Origin: Macrostomum lignano
Taxonomy: Eukaryota
Assembly: GCA_002269645.1 (NCBI GenBank)
Contig: NIVC01000414.1
Coordinates: 1-64,000, forward strand
Direction of reading: 5' to 3'
Length of the DNA: 64,000 bases
The notes under the pieces are model-generated. The model searched no databases. It was not told where the DNA came from and saw only the letters and a program-made list of their open reading frames with translations. The position numbers and the translations under genes are program-made. Of the stretch, positions 1-15,000 are shown in pieces. The first letter of the stretch is position 1; each line of letters begins with the position of its first letter.

Positions 1-3000
1 GGCTTGTTTAGAATGGATGAACAAAACTTACCACTCTTCTTCCGTGAACAGTTAAAGACTCATTTCTCCAGTACTTAGGCTTCGAAATGTGACTGAGAAA
101 TTTGCTTGGCTAGAATGAAATCCAGCGGCCGTCAACAAGTGTGGATAATTCAGTTTTATGTGAACGACCGATTCGTTTTGGTAGCTCAATTGCAGCGAAG
201 TTGAGTTTATTGGTCCGCAGTCTGAGTTGCAATGAGTGACTGATTGCAGTTAGCTGAACTGAGAACTATACGATCTATTGGGTGTGGTAGCCAGATTCAC
301 CAAATAATTAGCCTACCTTGTGGGTACCCGAGCAGCTCGAATCGAAGCGAGGCGGTACTGAAGGCGCGGACTGGCACGAGGCGAACGGACAGCAACAAAC
401 GGCCTCTTGAGAAAAATTCTCTGCGGAAACTCTTCATTGAAGCTGTTGCTGAGTTCAGTCTAAAATCCATTCAGTTATGGAGAAAAACATAAACAGCTGA
501 ATTCAGCAAATATACCGGTACGATAGCTTACATCTTTCAAAACTCCATCAGAAAATTGTGAGCAGTTGACAAAGTCTGCAGGTCTGCTCCGAGAGTAGGC
601 CAGCTTCAGAGCGCTAACGTAGGCGTTGCTACCAACGCCGGAGTCCAACACTCCCGAGCCCTGCATCACCAGCCCGGTCACTGCGTGAGCACATCGAGCC
701 ACACCTCCAGCCAGTAGCTGCCTAGAGGCATCGAATAAAATATGCTGCAATCTGGTCAAGTTTGTAAACCAACATGACTACTTGAAGTAAATTACCTGAT
801 ATATCGAGTTGAGCAGCTGGGGAAGTCCAGGGACTGGAGGCCTTTTGAGCGCCGCCATGAAAGGCGCCACGCACAGAGAAGACATGGCGCAATGTGGGCT
901 TTGGTCAACGGTGAGCTGGTTAACTGAAACTGCCGCGTTCTCCAGCTCCAGCGATGACGCAACCCAATGATTTCCATCTGAAAATTATCACGTCATGTAT
1001 ACCATAGAAGAATTGGTGTTTTGACAGATCTATCCCGTGTTGCTAGATACCTTGGATGCATTAATGGCTCTTGGTACTCCTGATTATCTATGGTGAATGC
1101 ATTTCAGTGAACGAGCGTGGTTATTTAAATATTTAACGAAACAACAATGTCTGTCATCACTCCCAGAGGGTATCAGTATTGAGTCGCGCTGGCCAGATCT
1201 GTCTAAGGCACCTGTGGCGCCGTTGGCAGCTCTAGCTGGCAGACTGCATCATCTGCATCGAGTTCCTCTGCCCAAAAATCTGAGCAGGAGGTGTTGCTAC
1301 TGACGCTGCAGGCACCCTACCAGCAGCTAAAATGCCTTGGACCTCCCTTGAACCTTAAGGAACACCCTCTCTCATTTCAAGACTTGATATGAGCGTATTT
1401 TGTTGCCGAGTAGTTTCAAAGAATAAAAATTCACCGCTACGCTTTGAACTTTGCTAGTAATCTACGAGCGTAGACTGACATCATTAAAGTAACATGAAAT
1501 GACATTCTTTTTGACATCAATTTTTTCTACGAAACGCACCCATAACTGGAAATCCATAAACTTCGAATTCGCACAGCGCAAGGCGACCCATCGAAGTGTT
1601 CTTCCTGATTCCAGCAGTCGAGGCAAGCTATAGTTTAAATTGTTTTTTGAGCATTTGAATTTTAAACTCTAGCAGTTTGAAAAAAAATTAACAGGCAGTG
1701 AAACTTACTACGGAGGTTTCAATCAGCCAAGTGTGATTCGTCATGAAGCCGCTGGTCCAAGTTTCGATGACTTGAGTCGATGAATTGCTGCCGTTGCTTA
1801 CAAAAACCTGAGCAAATAGCAGGTCTTCTCTCTCTGCTAGGACAAGCGCTGTAGAATGTTAAAAATATATTTTTGTTTGTTTTGGTTCATTGACAGTTAA
1901 AATTTGGGTAAGAGTTAAAGATTAATCGTTACCTCTGCTCTCCAGCATGTCCACAATGAATATTCTCCGAATATCGAACACGTCACCGAGGCTCACTTGC
2001 CACCAGTGGAATGGCTGATCGGCGCCGAGAGTGTCTGGCGATTTGTAGCAGCGCCTGCCATCCTCATCGTTAGTGTAGTCTCCGTCTGTTGCTAATGTAG
2101 GGTCTGTTAGGGAGCTGCTCGATGAAACCGCTTGTCGCTGAGACAGCAGAATTGGCTGAGATGAAGTCCAGTCTGTATTGTGGGGGTGTGTGTACGTGAA
2201 AATGGTTAATTTCAAATGCTCGTTGGTTGTCTCCTCACAGAAAAGCAATGCAGTGCAACTCACCTGCAGACAAGACGCAGCCAAAAAGCTCTAGCCGAAA
2301 CTCTGGACTTCTTTCAAAACTTATCCGATACAGTCGAAATCCCTGAGCAACTTGAGCCGGCACGAACAGATAGCTGGCAACCTGCCTTGGGGCTGCTACT
2401 CCCTTAAATGTCTGTAATGGGGCATAGGCGTAAATACTTCAACCGATGGATTTCTAGCAGGAAACAGCAGCGAGGAACTCACCCATTGGTTACGATGGAA
2501 CTGCCAGTATCTCCCCTCCTCACTCAGTGCTACCATGAATTCCGTTAGCATGGATTCCCAACCTCTACTGGCTGAGTTTCTCTCGAGGCCTCCGGAGATG
2601 GAGAAGAACTCGAGGCGAGCTGGACGACTCAGAATTGCCTAATATTGGAGACAAGATAGACCATTCAGTCTGCTTTTTGCATCTAGTTCGTGAATTTCCT
2701 GACCCCCAACAGCAGTTACCTGATAGAAAACTCGGTCTTCTCTGCCGCTCTTGCTAGTCTCGAGTCCGGTTCTCACGGCAGCGAGACTTTTGAAGCTTCT
2801 CTCATCCAGTCGGACTTCTGGGCTGTCAACCAGATTCGCTGATGGGATCTCGCGCATACTTGAGTATCCGACTCGATTGACCGGCAGTAAGTAGATTGAG
2901 TCTTCGCACCAGCCCAGACTGGCAGCCATCGATTCAACCCGAATCACCGTGCGGTTTCCGACTCGGCGCCAGACTGCGCTCACGCTGACGAACTGGCTGG

Positions 3001-6000
3001 TGTCTGCAGGCAGAGGCACCGCTTCCTGCAGTGACAGCTCCGAGTGCGAACCGTCAGAGAGCGCGACAGAGCAGTGGGAGAGTGAAATGTGTGAGCCGTT
3101 GCCACTGAGGGTCAGTGAGTACCTCGGCTGTGGGAAAGTCACCAAGATTGTTAAATGTCAAATTTGTTTTGTCAACTTGTCAGAACAAAAAACACTCATA
3201 CTCATGTAAACTCAGTGTCGTTTCCCATACATTCTCAACTGCCTCGGCGTATCCGAACTTGTTAGTGAGCCATATTTTGATGATGTCGCTTTGCAGTCTC
3301 ACATAGAAACTTGCTCTTGACCAGTCATGGTTGTGGTTAACGATTGGAACCCAGTAAGGACGTTTTGTCACCCGATAGTTCGTTTGGTAATCTGCAATAT
3401 GATCACGGCATTGAGAATTAGTGGTTTGAACGCTCCGTCACAGGAGATACTCGCTACACTACATAAAACTGCAAGCATTACTGTTATCTATTTCTGAAGA
3501 CACTCACACTCTTCTCCATACACCTGCAACTCAGAAAACCGCATCATGCCTGTCTCTGCTCTGCGGGTCAGCGCCACAAATCTTCCCAGATTGTAGCGCC
3601 GCTCGCACGGCAGGATGTAGACCTTCTGGTTGATTAGGGGCGTTTCAATAGCTCCGCAGGTGGGCCAGTGCTGAATCCAAGCTGCTCCGACTGCTGTGGC
3701 TTCCCACTGGCTTCCAACGCGCAACCGAATTCCGCATTGATTGGTGTCTGGAGTTTTCGTACAAGTTGCGAGTGATATATAGTCTAGCTAACTTTATGTA
3801 TAAAATATTTTTGCACCTGCCATATTGGGCAGATTTGCAACCGACAGCTCAGCCGCAGCTATTGCGCGACGCATCTTAAGGCTGCGTACGGCTGTTCTAA
3901 GACTGGGGGTCGGAACACCCACCCTTAAATACCCCAGCTAATGCTGGGACCGATTTTACAGCTGGGTGAACAGAGCAAAGCAGAATTAAGTGTCTTGCTC
4001 AAGGACACCCCAATTGTTCATAGTTGGTCGAGAATCGAAGCTCCGACCTTCCGGTCGTGAGTCCGACGCTCTAAACACTATAGGCTACAACTTAGCTTTA
4101 TTTACCTCCTTTGGCTTCAACGCCAGCAATTGTGTGCAGCAGCTGCAAGTCAACCATCAAATGATGCAGGTTGCTTAAAGGCGCAATGCTGGTCGACAAT
4201 TCAAAGCTGATTTGACCTTCAGTCTGAATCCTTGTAGCCAGCTTCTGTCCGTTAAAGTAGATCGGGCGACCGATCGCTAAGTTGTGCGACTTGAAAATTC
4301 CCTCCCAAGGTCGATAGTGATGCACTAAAATGTTAATATGCAGTCTGTTGTTTATATAATAATATATTTACATGTATTATAAATTTTGTCTCCAGTTACC
4401 CAGCTAGTAACTTACGGCAATTGCTTGCAATGCATTGCTTCAGGATTGGTCTGCTGATCTGACAGCTGGGCACTCGAGCTGAAATATAACAGAAGCAAAA
4501 ACTTGAAAAAATGTTTTCTGACTTCCCTAAAAACCTAACATCTTACTACGAAAGCTGATGCACTGGTTCCCAAGATCAAGAGATCCATATCCAATGCCAG
4601 TTTTCCATGGAATGCAGGCTTCACCAGAGACAGTAGCGTTGATGCTGTACACCCTACTGTGGCCATCGTTGAGGCCGAGAATGCAGTTGTCTGAAATGAT
4701 AAGCTTCAGTAATAAATTTAATGCTGCAGCTATGCTAAAAATTGTTAGGATATCTTTTACCTGGCATGATAGCATCATTTCCAATGATGGCAGACTCCGG
4801 TGTAAAGTATGATGCGTGAAATGGATACATCGTGATGCTAACATTGATGAGACCCGCTATTCCTCTTAAAAGAGGTTGCCAGCATCCTAAAATATAGATA
4901 TTGAGTATTCTACAGCCTGCTGTATTGCTTGCAGTAATTATAAAATCGGACCCTTAACTACTTACTGCTCTGCACCCTGGCAAAGCTGATTCGGCGGTAG
5001 TCGGACCGAATGGCCGAGGACATGAGGTCTGGTCCAGCTGTTCGAACGTACAGCATAGAGCCCACACTCAGGACGCTGCTGCCAATCCGGCCCAGTCTGT
5101 CGTCACGGAGAAACTCCATCAATAGACTGAGCTTTTGCTGACGACTTGAGGTGGCGCCAACTCGTTCTTTAACAACATTGTCATCGCTGATGGCAGTGTG
5201 TGACAGGAGCGCCACTTTGTTCACTCCAAGCTCTGTAAATCACGGATATTTAAATTTAGAATGAAAAACTCTGGAGCTTTTTTCAACAAATTTTTCCGAA
5301 ACAGCGACTCACTTGGCACCTGGCCAACTTGGCATGCAAACATGAGCTTCTCATTAGGCTTTGTTCCAATCAGAGCCCCATTCTCGGTGTCCCAGCCTAC
5401 CGCGAACTGAGCTGGCTGACCGAATCTCCAATCGCCGGGGTGGATGCTGGAGCCGTCCAGCCATTCCCAGGCACCTGTTGTGAGGTTGCGCTGCGCACCG
5501 ACATGGAGAACTGTTGATGGAGGCCTGCATTTGCAGCATAACGAAGCAAGTTAGTGATGATAAAATGGTGATAGGAATCAAACAATTGATTGGCATTTTT
5601 GTAACGATTAACGCACCAGATATTAAGAAAGTTAAGCAGTGTTTGGTCCTTCACCATCAGCAGTGTGCCCTGCTGACTAGCCCAGCGGAACTTTTGGCAC
5701 ATTCGAAGCGCGGACTCCCACAAAGCCTTCACATTGGACAAGTGAAAGCAGATCCCAGCGTGAGGAATGAAGTTCACAGGACACCAAGACACTGGGACTC
5801 CGCTCAGAGTGATCTGGCTGGGAGCCAAGCTCCCGTTAATCACATGAAGTTTCATCCAACGAAAGTGGTACAGGTGAGGCATGACTAGTTTTTCTTGCGC
5901 CCTGTGGGTCTCAAACTGCAATTATTAAAGAAAAATATTAGATGCTCCATCACAAATATTTCAGAATAAATAGAAAACATCGTAGTTCTCTTACCACCCA

Positions 6001-9000
6001 GGTGACTTCGCTGACATTCACAGTGAATTTTTCGCCAACCAGTTCTTCGCCTGAGATGTAAAACTGCACTGGCCAATTCGCATTGATGTAGATAAAGTTG
6101 ATGTGGTAGTCGGACAAAACTCGAAGTTTAGCATTGAGGAGTTCAGAGACGATGCGATGTAGTGCTGATTCTGGGTGAGGTTCTCGCACGCTAAGAAGGA
6201 AGAACGTCGGTGGAAAAGTTTACATTCTACTTTAAATAAAAGTAAAGTATCTTTTTTGTGACCTACCCGGATCGTCAGGATATCCAATCAAGTCCAGTTT
6301 CAGCATCGGGCGCTTCTCGAATCTCACAGCCTGCAGAGACATCAGTCTCGCTCGGACCGGGTTGGGAAAATATCTTCGCATTGGCTGGACCTCATCTTCT
6401 GGTCCGGGTACGAGGAGCTAAAATAGTATTTAGTGCGTCTTTGCCAGGAAATTCAGTTCGTCAGTTGCGGTAACTCACAATAAAACTAAGAATCGTACTT
6501 AACAAGCTTGTTTTCACTTTCCACTCACCTCTGATGTTCCTCTCTGGGGATCGACGATAGATTTCAAATCAGATTTATCAGTGGTATTTGTGTGCTTTAC
6601 TCTGAGGCTGGTCACATAGCCAAGAAGATCCGTTGCTCTCAGCGCTGCACCTCTGATGATGAGTCCCGTGATGCTGAAAATCTGAGGCAGTTGCAGATAA
6701 AAAATTCCCGAAGTCTTCAGAATGAAAGCGCTGTGAAAGCTCTCATCTCCAGGAAAGTCCAGCGGCAGGGAATAAACATCGCCGGAGAAGTCCCCATTGG
6801 AGGCGATCGTGTCCTCGTGAAACGCGCAGGTGACAGGCAGTTGATTTCCGATACCAATCGATACGTCATAGTTGCCATGTGCTTTATCTTGATCAAGCTC
6901 TGCTCAGGTAAGTGATAATTTTTTTGAAAAATGCATCGAATTTTTAGAACATAAAAACAATAGTACTGACCTGATGGATTTCCATAAACTTCAATTTCAT
7001 ATACTCGCAGAAACGCAGATGACGAAGCTGTTGCATTCCATTGAGCTACGATTCCGGCATGGAGTGCAGGCTGAGGAGAACGTTAAAGTTTGTTTGTCTT
7101 ATTACTAGCACTTGCCCTCCCAACAGAAATTCAACTCACTTCATTCACGTCAGCCCTCCATGGAAACGGAATTAATGACTTCCACTTGGCGTCAACCACT
7201 CGACCGTCTGAGTAGGAACTCGAGTTCGAGACGAACAGGCTGGTCACAGTTGCTGGATAGAGCACGCGATCGTCTGAAAAGCCAAGTTGACAGTCATTAC
7301 TTCACACTGAATCTTTGCTTCTTAATGAAGTCTGCTCACAAAGCAATGCGACATACTTGCGCTCTTTGAAGTAGCGGAACTGATGCACCACACTATAAGA
7401 TAGTTGATGAAGCGTCTTGAGCTGAACAGCACTCCAATGAAGGCGGGAGAGCTGGGCTGGACCGAACTCACCCAGAATCCGCCACCTGCACCTCTGTTGC
7501 CATCCACTGCCGAAAGAAAGTTTGCTCTAGCATCGGATGACGTCACTGCCTGGCTATAGTGAATTGGTATCGGCTGCGGCCGATGCGGGGGATTCAAACC
7601 TGCGGGAAGAGTTTATTGTACTGATGAATTTTGTTACAGTGCTCTACAACGAAAGGCCGCCTCGCGGGGGCTGTAGCCCAGTGGTCTAGCGTGGCGCTCT
7701 GATGTGCTAGTGGCCCAGGCTCGAGTGTAAGTGCGGTCACATAACTCGTTATTTAGGGCTAAATTGGAATCTTGGCTTAGGTCTACTGGTGCTGTTAAGG
7801 GCGAACAACCAAGGCCCAGTGAATTGTACAAGTCTAACAATAAATAATGTTAGGGTCGCTATACACTCCTGCGTGAGTGTGTGCCTGTGCGTATTACTGC
7901 GTATATATCCGCGCGATTGTGTGCCTACTCTGGTGAGTCGGCAAAATAGGCAGTAGTAATAACCCTTGTCGGTTGTGTGACAATGTCGCTTAAAGTGCGC
8001 CAAGATGCGCTCGTCCCCTACCTCTAAACTAAAAAGACAGCCTCACCATCTGTGCAGCCGTACAGCATCCAACGCAGCTCAGGTCGCTTCTTGTAGTTGC
8101 CAATGTAGAGGCGAAAGTTCAGGCCGCTAACCTCGGGCTGCAGCACTTGGGAGCTCACGTACTGTGGAGCGCTGGGACCTGTTATTGTCTAAAAGAGTAA
8201 AATAGCTAAAATGAAAGAATTGGATTTAAAATATTAAAGCGAATTCAGACTCACTGTCGGATGCTTCATGTAGCCTCTGCCATCGGTTGAAAAGTGCAGT
8301 ACAGCATCCACAACCCAGGCTGACGTGTCCTTCAGCATTGCAGTTCTGTCGGTGCCGCCTTGCATGGAGACAAAGAACACAGTGACTGGGAACCGAAAAA
8401 TGGCCTGAAATTGAACAATGAATTGAATTTTTACAAACTGTTGATATTTCAGTTTGATCGATTTCTCTGCTTTACCTCAATGTAATCTTTGTTGAACCAG
8501 CCGGGCGCAGTCCAGAAACCCATGTAACGGTCATCTGAAAAGTGTCAAAACTTTTATTGCGATTACAGCATTCGGTTGGAAATCGCAAGCCAGCCAACTT
8601 ACTAATGATGTCGAAAACCAACTGTGGACATTTTGAGCTGCTGCCGCATGAGTAGGCAGCCTGGGATATTTTCCATGCCCGGACTACCGAGTCTTTGACG
8701 ACCGCAAGCGAATGCCCGCACACGTACACGGAGATCTGTACGGGCTCCGATGAAGAATTGGTCCATGCGATGCTGACTGGCTGGAACCCATCTGTCGAGC
8801 AGCTGATTGTCTCGCTGCTCAACTCAGTTAATAATGGGGTGCCGAGTAAGTCTGGCGTCACAGTGACTCGGCCAGAGCGCACAGAGTGCCATGTTAGGGA
8901 CAGGTGAGACCGGTTGGCTGATAGCAGCAGCTCATATCTGTCCTGGAATGACAAAACAGGACAGAATCAGATCCGTGTATTTAAATTTTGGTATATAATA

Positions 9001-12000
9001 ACTGCAGTATGAGGCTTACATTGAGTAGAATGTCGCTCTGCTCATAATGGGCCGTCAGGTACACCCAGAGCGAACTTGTCTTGAGTCTTGCCTGAAAATC
9101 TAGTCTGCCATCCAGCCGAGCTCTGCGCGTCAGCGGCTCGGGAAATCGCTTTAGAAACCGTGGCAGCAGCTGGCGATCGTGCAGCCTCACTATATTGAAG
9201 TATTGTAAATTTTCAAATGCGAGTTTAATGAAAATATTTACTCGGAAATATAGTCAAGCGTCTAAATTCTTGTTAGCACCGAAATCCAATAAAATCTTGT
9301 ACATCGACTGTTGCAAATCGATGACCCATTTTAAGGTTATTTAAAGATTGATTTTCTACATTGATATTAACACATGCTGCTATCATACTCGCCAACAGCG
9401 TCTAACCCTCACTGCAGCCACTGAGAGTCACTCCTAACAGTGTCAGCACTGTACTCTGCTAGCTGCATTCCTAGCCAACTTGTAGAAACAATGGCCAGCA
9501 TCGCCACCTACCTTCGTTTCCCATCAGCCTGAGCTGTTTCCAGCCGTGCCTACCGGCCGAGACGCCCTGCAGGAAAGCCACGAATCTCCCAACTGGTCGA
9601 CCGCGGCACAGCAGCTGAAGTGGCGAGTCGGAGCTCGACTCCGGGTAGCTGAACGTGACGCATTCTGTCCAGTTCTTGAAAGCGTCGTCTTTCAGGGTTG
9701 AATCCCAGCTGCTGCCAACCTTCACAGTCAGATTGTTGGCGCTCCAAGGTTTCACTGAAGAATTATTGTCATGTCAGCGGATCGTAAGAGTTGATTACAC
9801 AAAGATTTTAGTTTCTAATAAAATATTAAACACGCTAGGGCTTCTGAGACACTAGAGAGTCAGGAGCGGCAAATGGGTGTTTTTTAAACTCTTGCTTAGG
9901 TGAATCGGGTCAATGATGTTTTACACTTTCTGAAAATGGCTGATTAAACTTTCTTTAACTTTAGTAGAAGTCAATGTTGATTCCGAATGCGGCAGTTTAA
10001 CTGAGATAAATTTGAATCGATTAAACAATACATGTTTTGATCCTCCTTCTTCCACATGCACGCACTAGAACGGCCAGTGCTGAAGATGTTGCTCTTGAAC
10101 CAGGAGCCGCACATGTCGGCTGGATTCGCCCTGCACCGGTTGTTGCACCGAGACTCAGCCACCCGGCCGTGCCGACCGTAGGAGTTTCCGCAGAAGCAGT
10201 GAGCATACCACTGCGTGCCAAAGTACAGATATCTTGAGCACACCCGAGCGCACACGCTGACGGTTGTGCCGGAGGTCAGCCGCCACAGGGGCAGGTCGCG
10301 AGCTCCGGAGTCTTGAAAACAGCCGATGTAGCTGATCCCTGCCGTGGTACAATTATGGGTTTGCATGCTTTGCGGAAGTTTTAAGGTGCAATTATCCAGG
10401 TAAACTAGGGCTCCATTCAGTAAGATGTGATATTTGTGCAACTGAGTGTCAGCAAGCGACTAAAATGTTGCCACCTTTTGAAACTTCGGAAACATTGCCT
10501 AAACCAAAGCCAGAGACCACCGAAGTCAGGGATGATGCGGACACATGTGGTCGACGAACTGTTAAAATCTGTCAAAATTTGGCAAGGCCATATTGAACGA
10601 CAGCGCTAATATGCGCACATGGGTGTACTGAATGTACTGTCCTTAATACATTAGCGCTTACGGAAAAAGTCAAGCTTTCTTAAAGAATAGTTGAATACCT
10701 TAACGGTCTGGATGTGTGGCGACTTTTTCCTTGTTAAATGAACCGATGCATGAGAAATTAGTTCATGTTTATTAATATATCATATAAGTTTCTCCGCTAT
10801 GGAAGTTGGAAGTTTGCCCGCTTTTGAAGCTTGGTCAGCGACATCAGAGAAATTTGCGATAGAGTGTTCATAGTCGACTGGTGCCATCTGTTGAAGGAGC
10901 TGATGGCGTCTGGATGACTACTGAATGCTTGAGAGACTTAGTGAGGGTACCTAGCAGTTGAGGCTGGCAAACTGTCAAGACTTGATCAGAAGCATCAGAT
11001 AAATTATTTATCTTAACGGTTTGTAAAGTTTGGCAACTTTATTCTTGTTTGAGAATAAAGTTTGGCAAAGCAAAAATGGTCAAGGGGCGGGAATCCTGGG
11101 GAACCATTCAGGGGCTAGAATGTTTCTTCATTTAGCAGATAAAAAAATCTATTCATCGACTGATTTATTAGCTCAAAGCACGACATCTTCTCTCACCAGC
11201 AAAAGCTCTAAATCCGATGATCTCGTGGTCGGTTTTTAGATCGACCACCCGTCTCCAGTAGTCACCATTCTCAGCTATTTCTGCCTCGCCTTCCAGCGTT
11301 GTCTCTTCCTCGGATTGAATCGCCTGGATAGGGACCTCATTCAAATAGTAGTCCTTGTCAAAGCCGATGTGACCAACGCTATCAGGATTGAAGTCATCGA
11401 TTGGCTGGTGAAATTCCGCTATATTAAGGGTTGATTAGTTTCAAAGTCAAAATTAATATGAGCTGCTGTGATACTCGGCTCGGAAATGAAAAAGAAACGC
11501 AAGAGCTTACCACACAAAATATCGGAGCTCAGGCAGGACACCTGAGAAGTGAAATTGGCGCATTTAATCTGAGATGCAGCCGTGGACACGCAGGACCTGT
11601 CGAAGCCCGCTAGCTCGCCAGGAGGCCACGGGGTGCACGGGCCTCCATCCAGCTGACTCATCGACCAGCCGTAATCATAGTAGCCAAAGTCCCGGTAGCC
11701 CATCTGGCACTTCGTGTGGTCTGAAAATTTGCACAGATTTTGTAAGGTCAAGTTTTTTTCAGAACTATTGTTCTAATTAGTTCATTCGCTACCTTCGTAG
11801 GCCTGAGCGGCTCCTAGAAATGCTCGATTCGCTGGGCGCAACGGCAGCTCGCCAGTTGAGTCGATGGCGGCTAATGGGAGTAGAGGCTCCGAGCAGCCTG
11901 AGGAGGAGCACGATCGAAAATGTGTCTCTTAGCCACTTTGGAACTTGCTTACACAAATTAAGCCAGTCTGAGATGTTCTCACCTCGGTGAACTTCGGCAA

Positions 12001-15000
12001 CTCTGTAGTGCACCGAGTTCGCAGTGACAGACGCTGCATTCTCAGCTCCAGCCACTGCCGTCACGGTCAGCCCAGTATTCAGCTCGATTGCAGCAGCTGA
12101 TGCTGCAAATGAGTCGATGAAGAGGAGCCTGGCTGCCTCATCAAGAGCAGCGAGTCCGGTACCCAGACTGGCCATCTTCTCGGTCGTTGACTGAGCAGCT
12201 GCTGGCGCGGTGACCAGCACCTTTTGCTTAGTCCGGTACGGCGAAATGTACTTCGGCATCTGGCACATGAACTCCAGCTTGATGGAGCAGCTGACCTCAA
12301 CGAGAGCAGCAAACCTGACGCTCAGAGCCGCGCACCGCTTGGAGGGGCGGCCCATGAAGAACGCGCCCGGCTCCATGGGGGAACCGTCAGACCACTGCCA
12401 CTGCTGAGTAGTCGGGTCTCTGACTGACCCAACAAATAGCTGCTGGTCGTCCGAAGCTGGGAAGGAACTGCGGAGTATCAACTACGTGTGGTTAGCTCGC
12501 AGGGTGCTCGAGCTAGCTCGCAGCCAACAATGACCACCCGGTGAGACCGCTGAGCACTTATACTCAGCAACAGTCAAAAGTTCCAACCACCAAGCGAGAT
12601 GAAAATTTTTCCAAGCGAGAGCATTGCGACAACTTTTCACTCAAAATTCAACCCTCCAGTTACGCAGCTAAGACACCGCAAGGAAGGGAAAGTTGATTAA
12701 ATCAATAAACGTATTTCGCACAAAATTATAACAGTTTTTATGAAATATTTAGTTAGAATTGCGATGCTTAATAACGCGTGTGGGATCTCCACGCAAGCAG
12801 AAGTGCAGCGACTCTGCGGTGCATCCACAAGATGAGGCGGCGCAGAAAGTCCTTGGGAAGCTGCTGCCAAGCGTTTTCAAAGGCATGAACAAGGACCACT
12901 AGAAGTTACTTCTAGTGTAACTTCACTAGTGTAACTTCTAGAAGTTACTTCTAGTGGTCCTTGGGCATGATGCAGCTCTGCAACATTGTGTGGTGAATTT
13001 TCTTTTCGAGCGCAGCGTTTCAGGAAGTCCCAGACATGCTAGATGGGATTCATGTCTGGGAACCGGGAAGGCCAGCGCAGAGTGCGCAGCTGTAGCTGTT
13101 CTTTCAGCTGACTAACAGCATCGGCTCGGTGTCACGGCGCGTTGTCATCTTGGACCATTACGAGCTTGGACCACTCCCAAGTGGCAATAAGCTTTGCGCG
13201 TGTGTAGTATGTTGCGTCACTCGCAATAAGTGAAAAAAAATTCATCTCGTTTGGAGGGTGGAACTTTTGACTGTTGCTGAGTATATAAGCATAAATCGCA
13301 CAAAACCTACTGGCTAGGATTTTCGATATTGATGAGGGATCAAACCCACGCACCAGATGGTAAGTGGTGAATCTACCATTTGCAAGATACCAAAGCTGCT
13401 TTTTATAAGTCTGGTCCGGAATGTTGCGGAGCACAAGCTGACAAAACTAACCGCATTTCACACAGACTACTATCTAGTACAGATAGACAGATATTCACCA
13501 GCTTGCCAGTGATTTATGAAATTGAATTTTAAATGAATGATTTCAACCGCTTAGTTATCCTGTATACTGAAATCCCCTTTAATTCTCAGCTTTAATAGTA
13601 CTGTAAGATGGTTTGTTTAGTTGATTACGTGTGCGCACGTTCACTAGCTCTTATGTACATTTGCTCGCTGTACAATGATAATATATAAGTGAATGCCTTG
13701 GCGCCCTGGGCAGCCAAGAGTCGGTCTACGCCTTAAGCCAATTTCTCGTTTTTGCTTGTTCCTACATTGGTGGCAGCGGCGGCTATGACTGAAAATGAAG
13801 GCAGTGCAGAGAGCCCTGCAGTGGCGGTGACTCAGCCCCAAGCTAGTTTTGTCAACATGTTTTTGCGGCCGCCTCAATACCAGCATGGACAAGACTTTGA
13901 ACTTTGGCTGGCACGATTCAACAATTTCGCATCATCTCTTCCTGTGGATCAGCGCAAGAATGCTCTGCTGTCATTCCTCGACGACAAATCATATCAAGCG
14001 GCCAACAATTTGGATGCTGCCCTGTCCTACGACGACTTTGAGAAGGCTCTGAAAAATCGATTTCGGCCATCAACATCCTCTGCTGAGCAGCAGGCGCAGT
14101 TCTTCAATCTGACTCAAAAGGACGGTCAGTCGGTTGCAGACTATTCCGATGCCCTGATCGTTGCGGCAAAGCGTGCGTTCCCGAGTCTGATGGAGACGAA
14201 AGCAGGTGCCGAGCAGGAGACGTCGGTGACAGCGAAGGACGAGCTTCTCAAAGGTCGGTTTCTATCCGGATTGAGGGACCCAGCTGTGCGAATGCAGACG
14301 CAGATGCAGCCAAAGGCGACATTCGCTGATACAGTTGAAACAGCGCGATTCGTGGAATCGACACAGTCGCAAGGAGGCACTGCTACGGCTCTAGCTGCTG
14401 AGGTTCCCGAAGCCTTTGCAGTCGGAATTCAACGGTCCCTGAAGGAGCTGTCCAACAAGCTCAGCCGCTGGGAGTCAAAGGACCAGGATCATCGTCAGAG
14501 CGGCGACAGACGCAGAGTTGTGACATGCTGGAAGTGCGGTAAGCCGGGCCATGTTCAAAGATTTTGCACTCAGAAGTCGGGAAACTTCGATGGGGCGGCG
14601 ACCGCCGGGGTGCCGTTCCGCAAGTGAGAATCCCGGCGCAACCAGTCGTAGAGGTGTCCTGCTCAGCCACTGGTGCCAACATGCTGGTAAACTGTCGCAT
14701 CCTGCCAATGTGTGTCCCTGCCAGCTGTCTAGTTGACACTGGGTGTTCCCAGTCTTTGATGTCAAGTTTCCTGTTTCGCAAGCTGAATGAGAGGCTCCTG
14801 CCTTTGACGACTCCGGTGCAGTTGAAGCTGGCAGACGGTAACTATTTGGCTGCCTGTGGTTGGCAGGAAGTGCAGCTAAGTTTCGGTGTGGCAACGGTTC
14901 GACAGAGAGTTTTAGTTGTCGACAATCTGGCCAAGGATTTTTTGCTGGGTGCAGATTTCCTGGCAAACTGTGGCTGCGTCATCGACTGCAATCGCCAAAC

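Noticed and set aside
7666-7740. tRNA gene (also candidates at 4020-4090, 21240-21290 and 42670-42750)
   Set aside because: The A/B boxes are degenerate, no cloverleaf closes, and each continues into a shared repeat body, so these are SINE heads.
13132-13434. 100-aa ORF with an apparent paralogous peptide at 12557-12610
   Set aside because: The similarity is just the MITE terminal inverted repeat.
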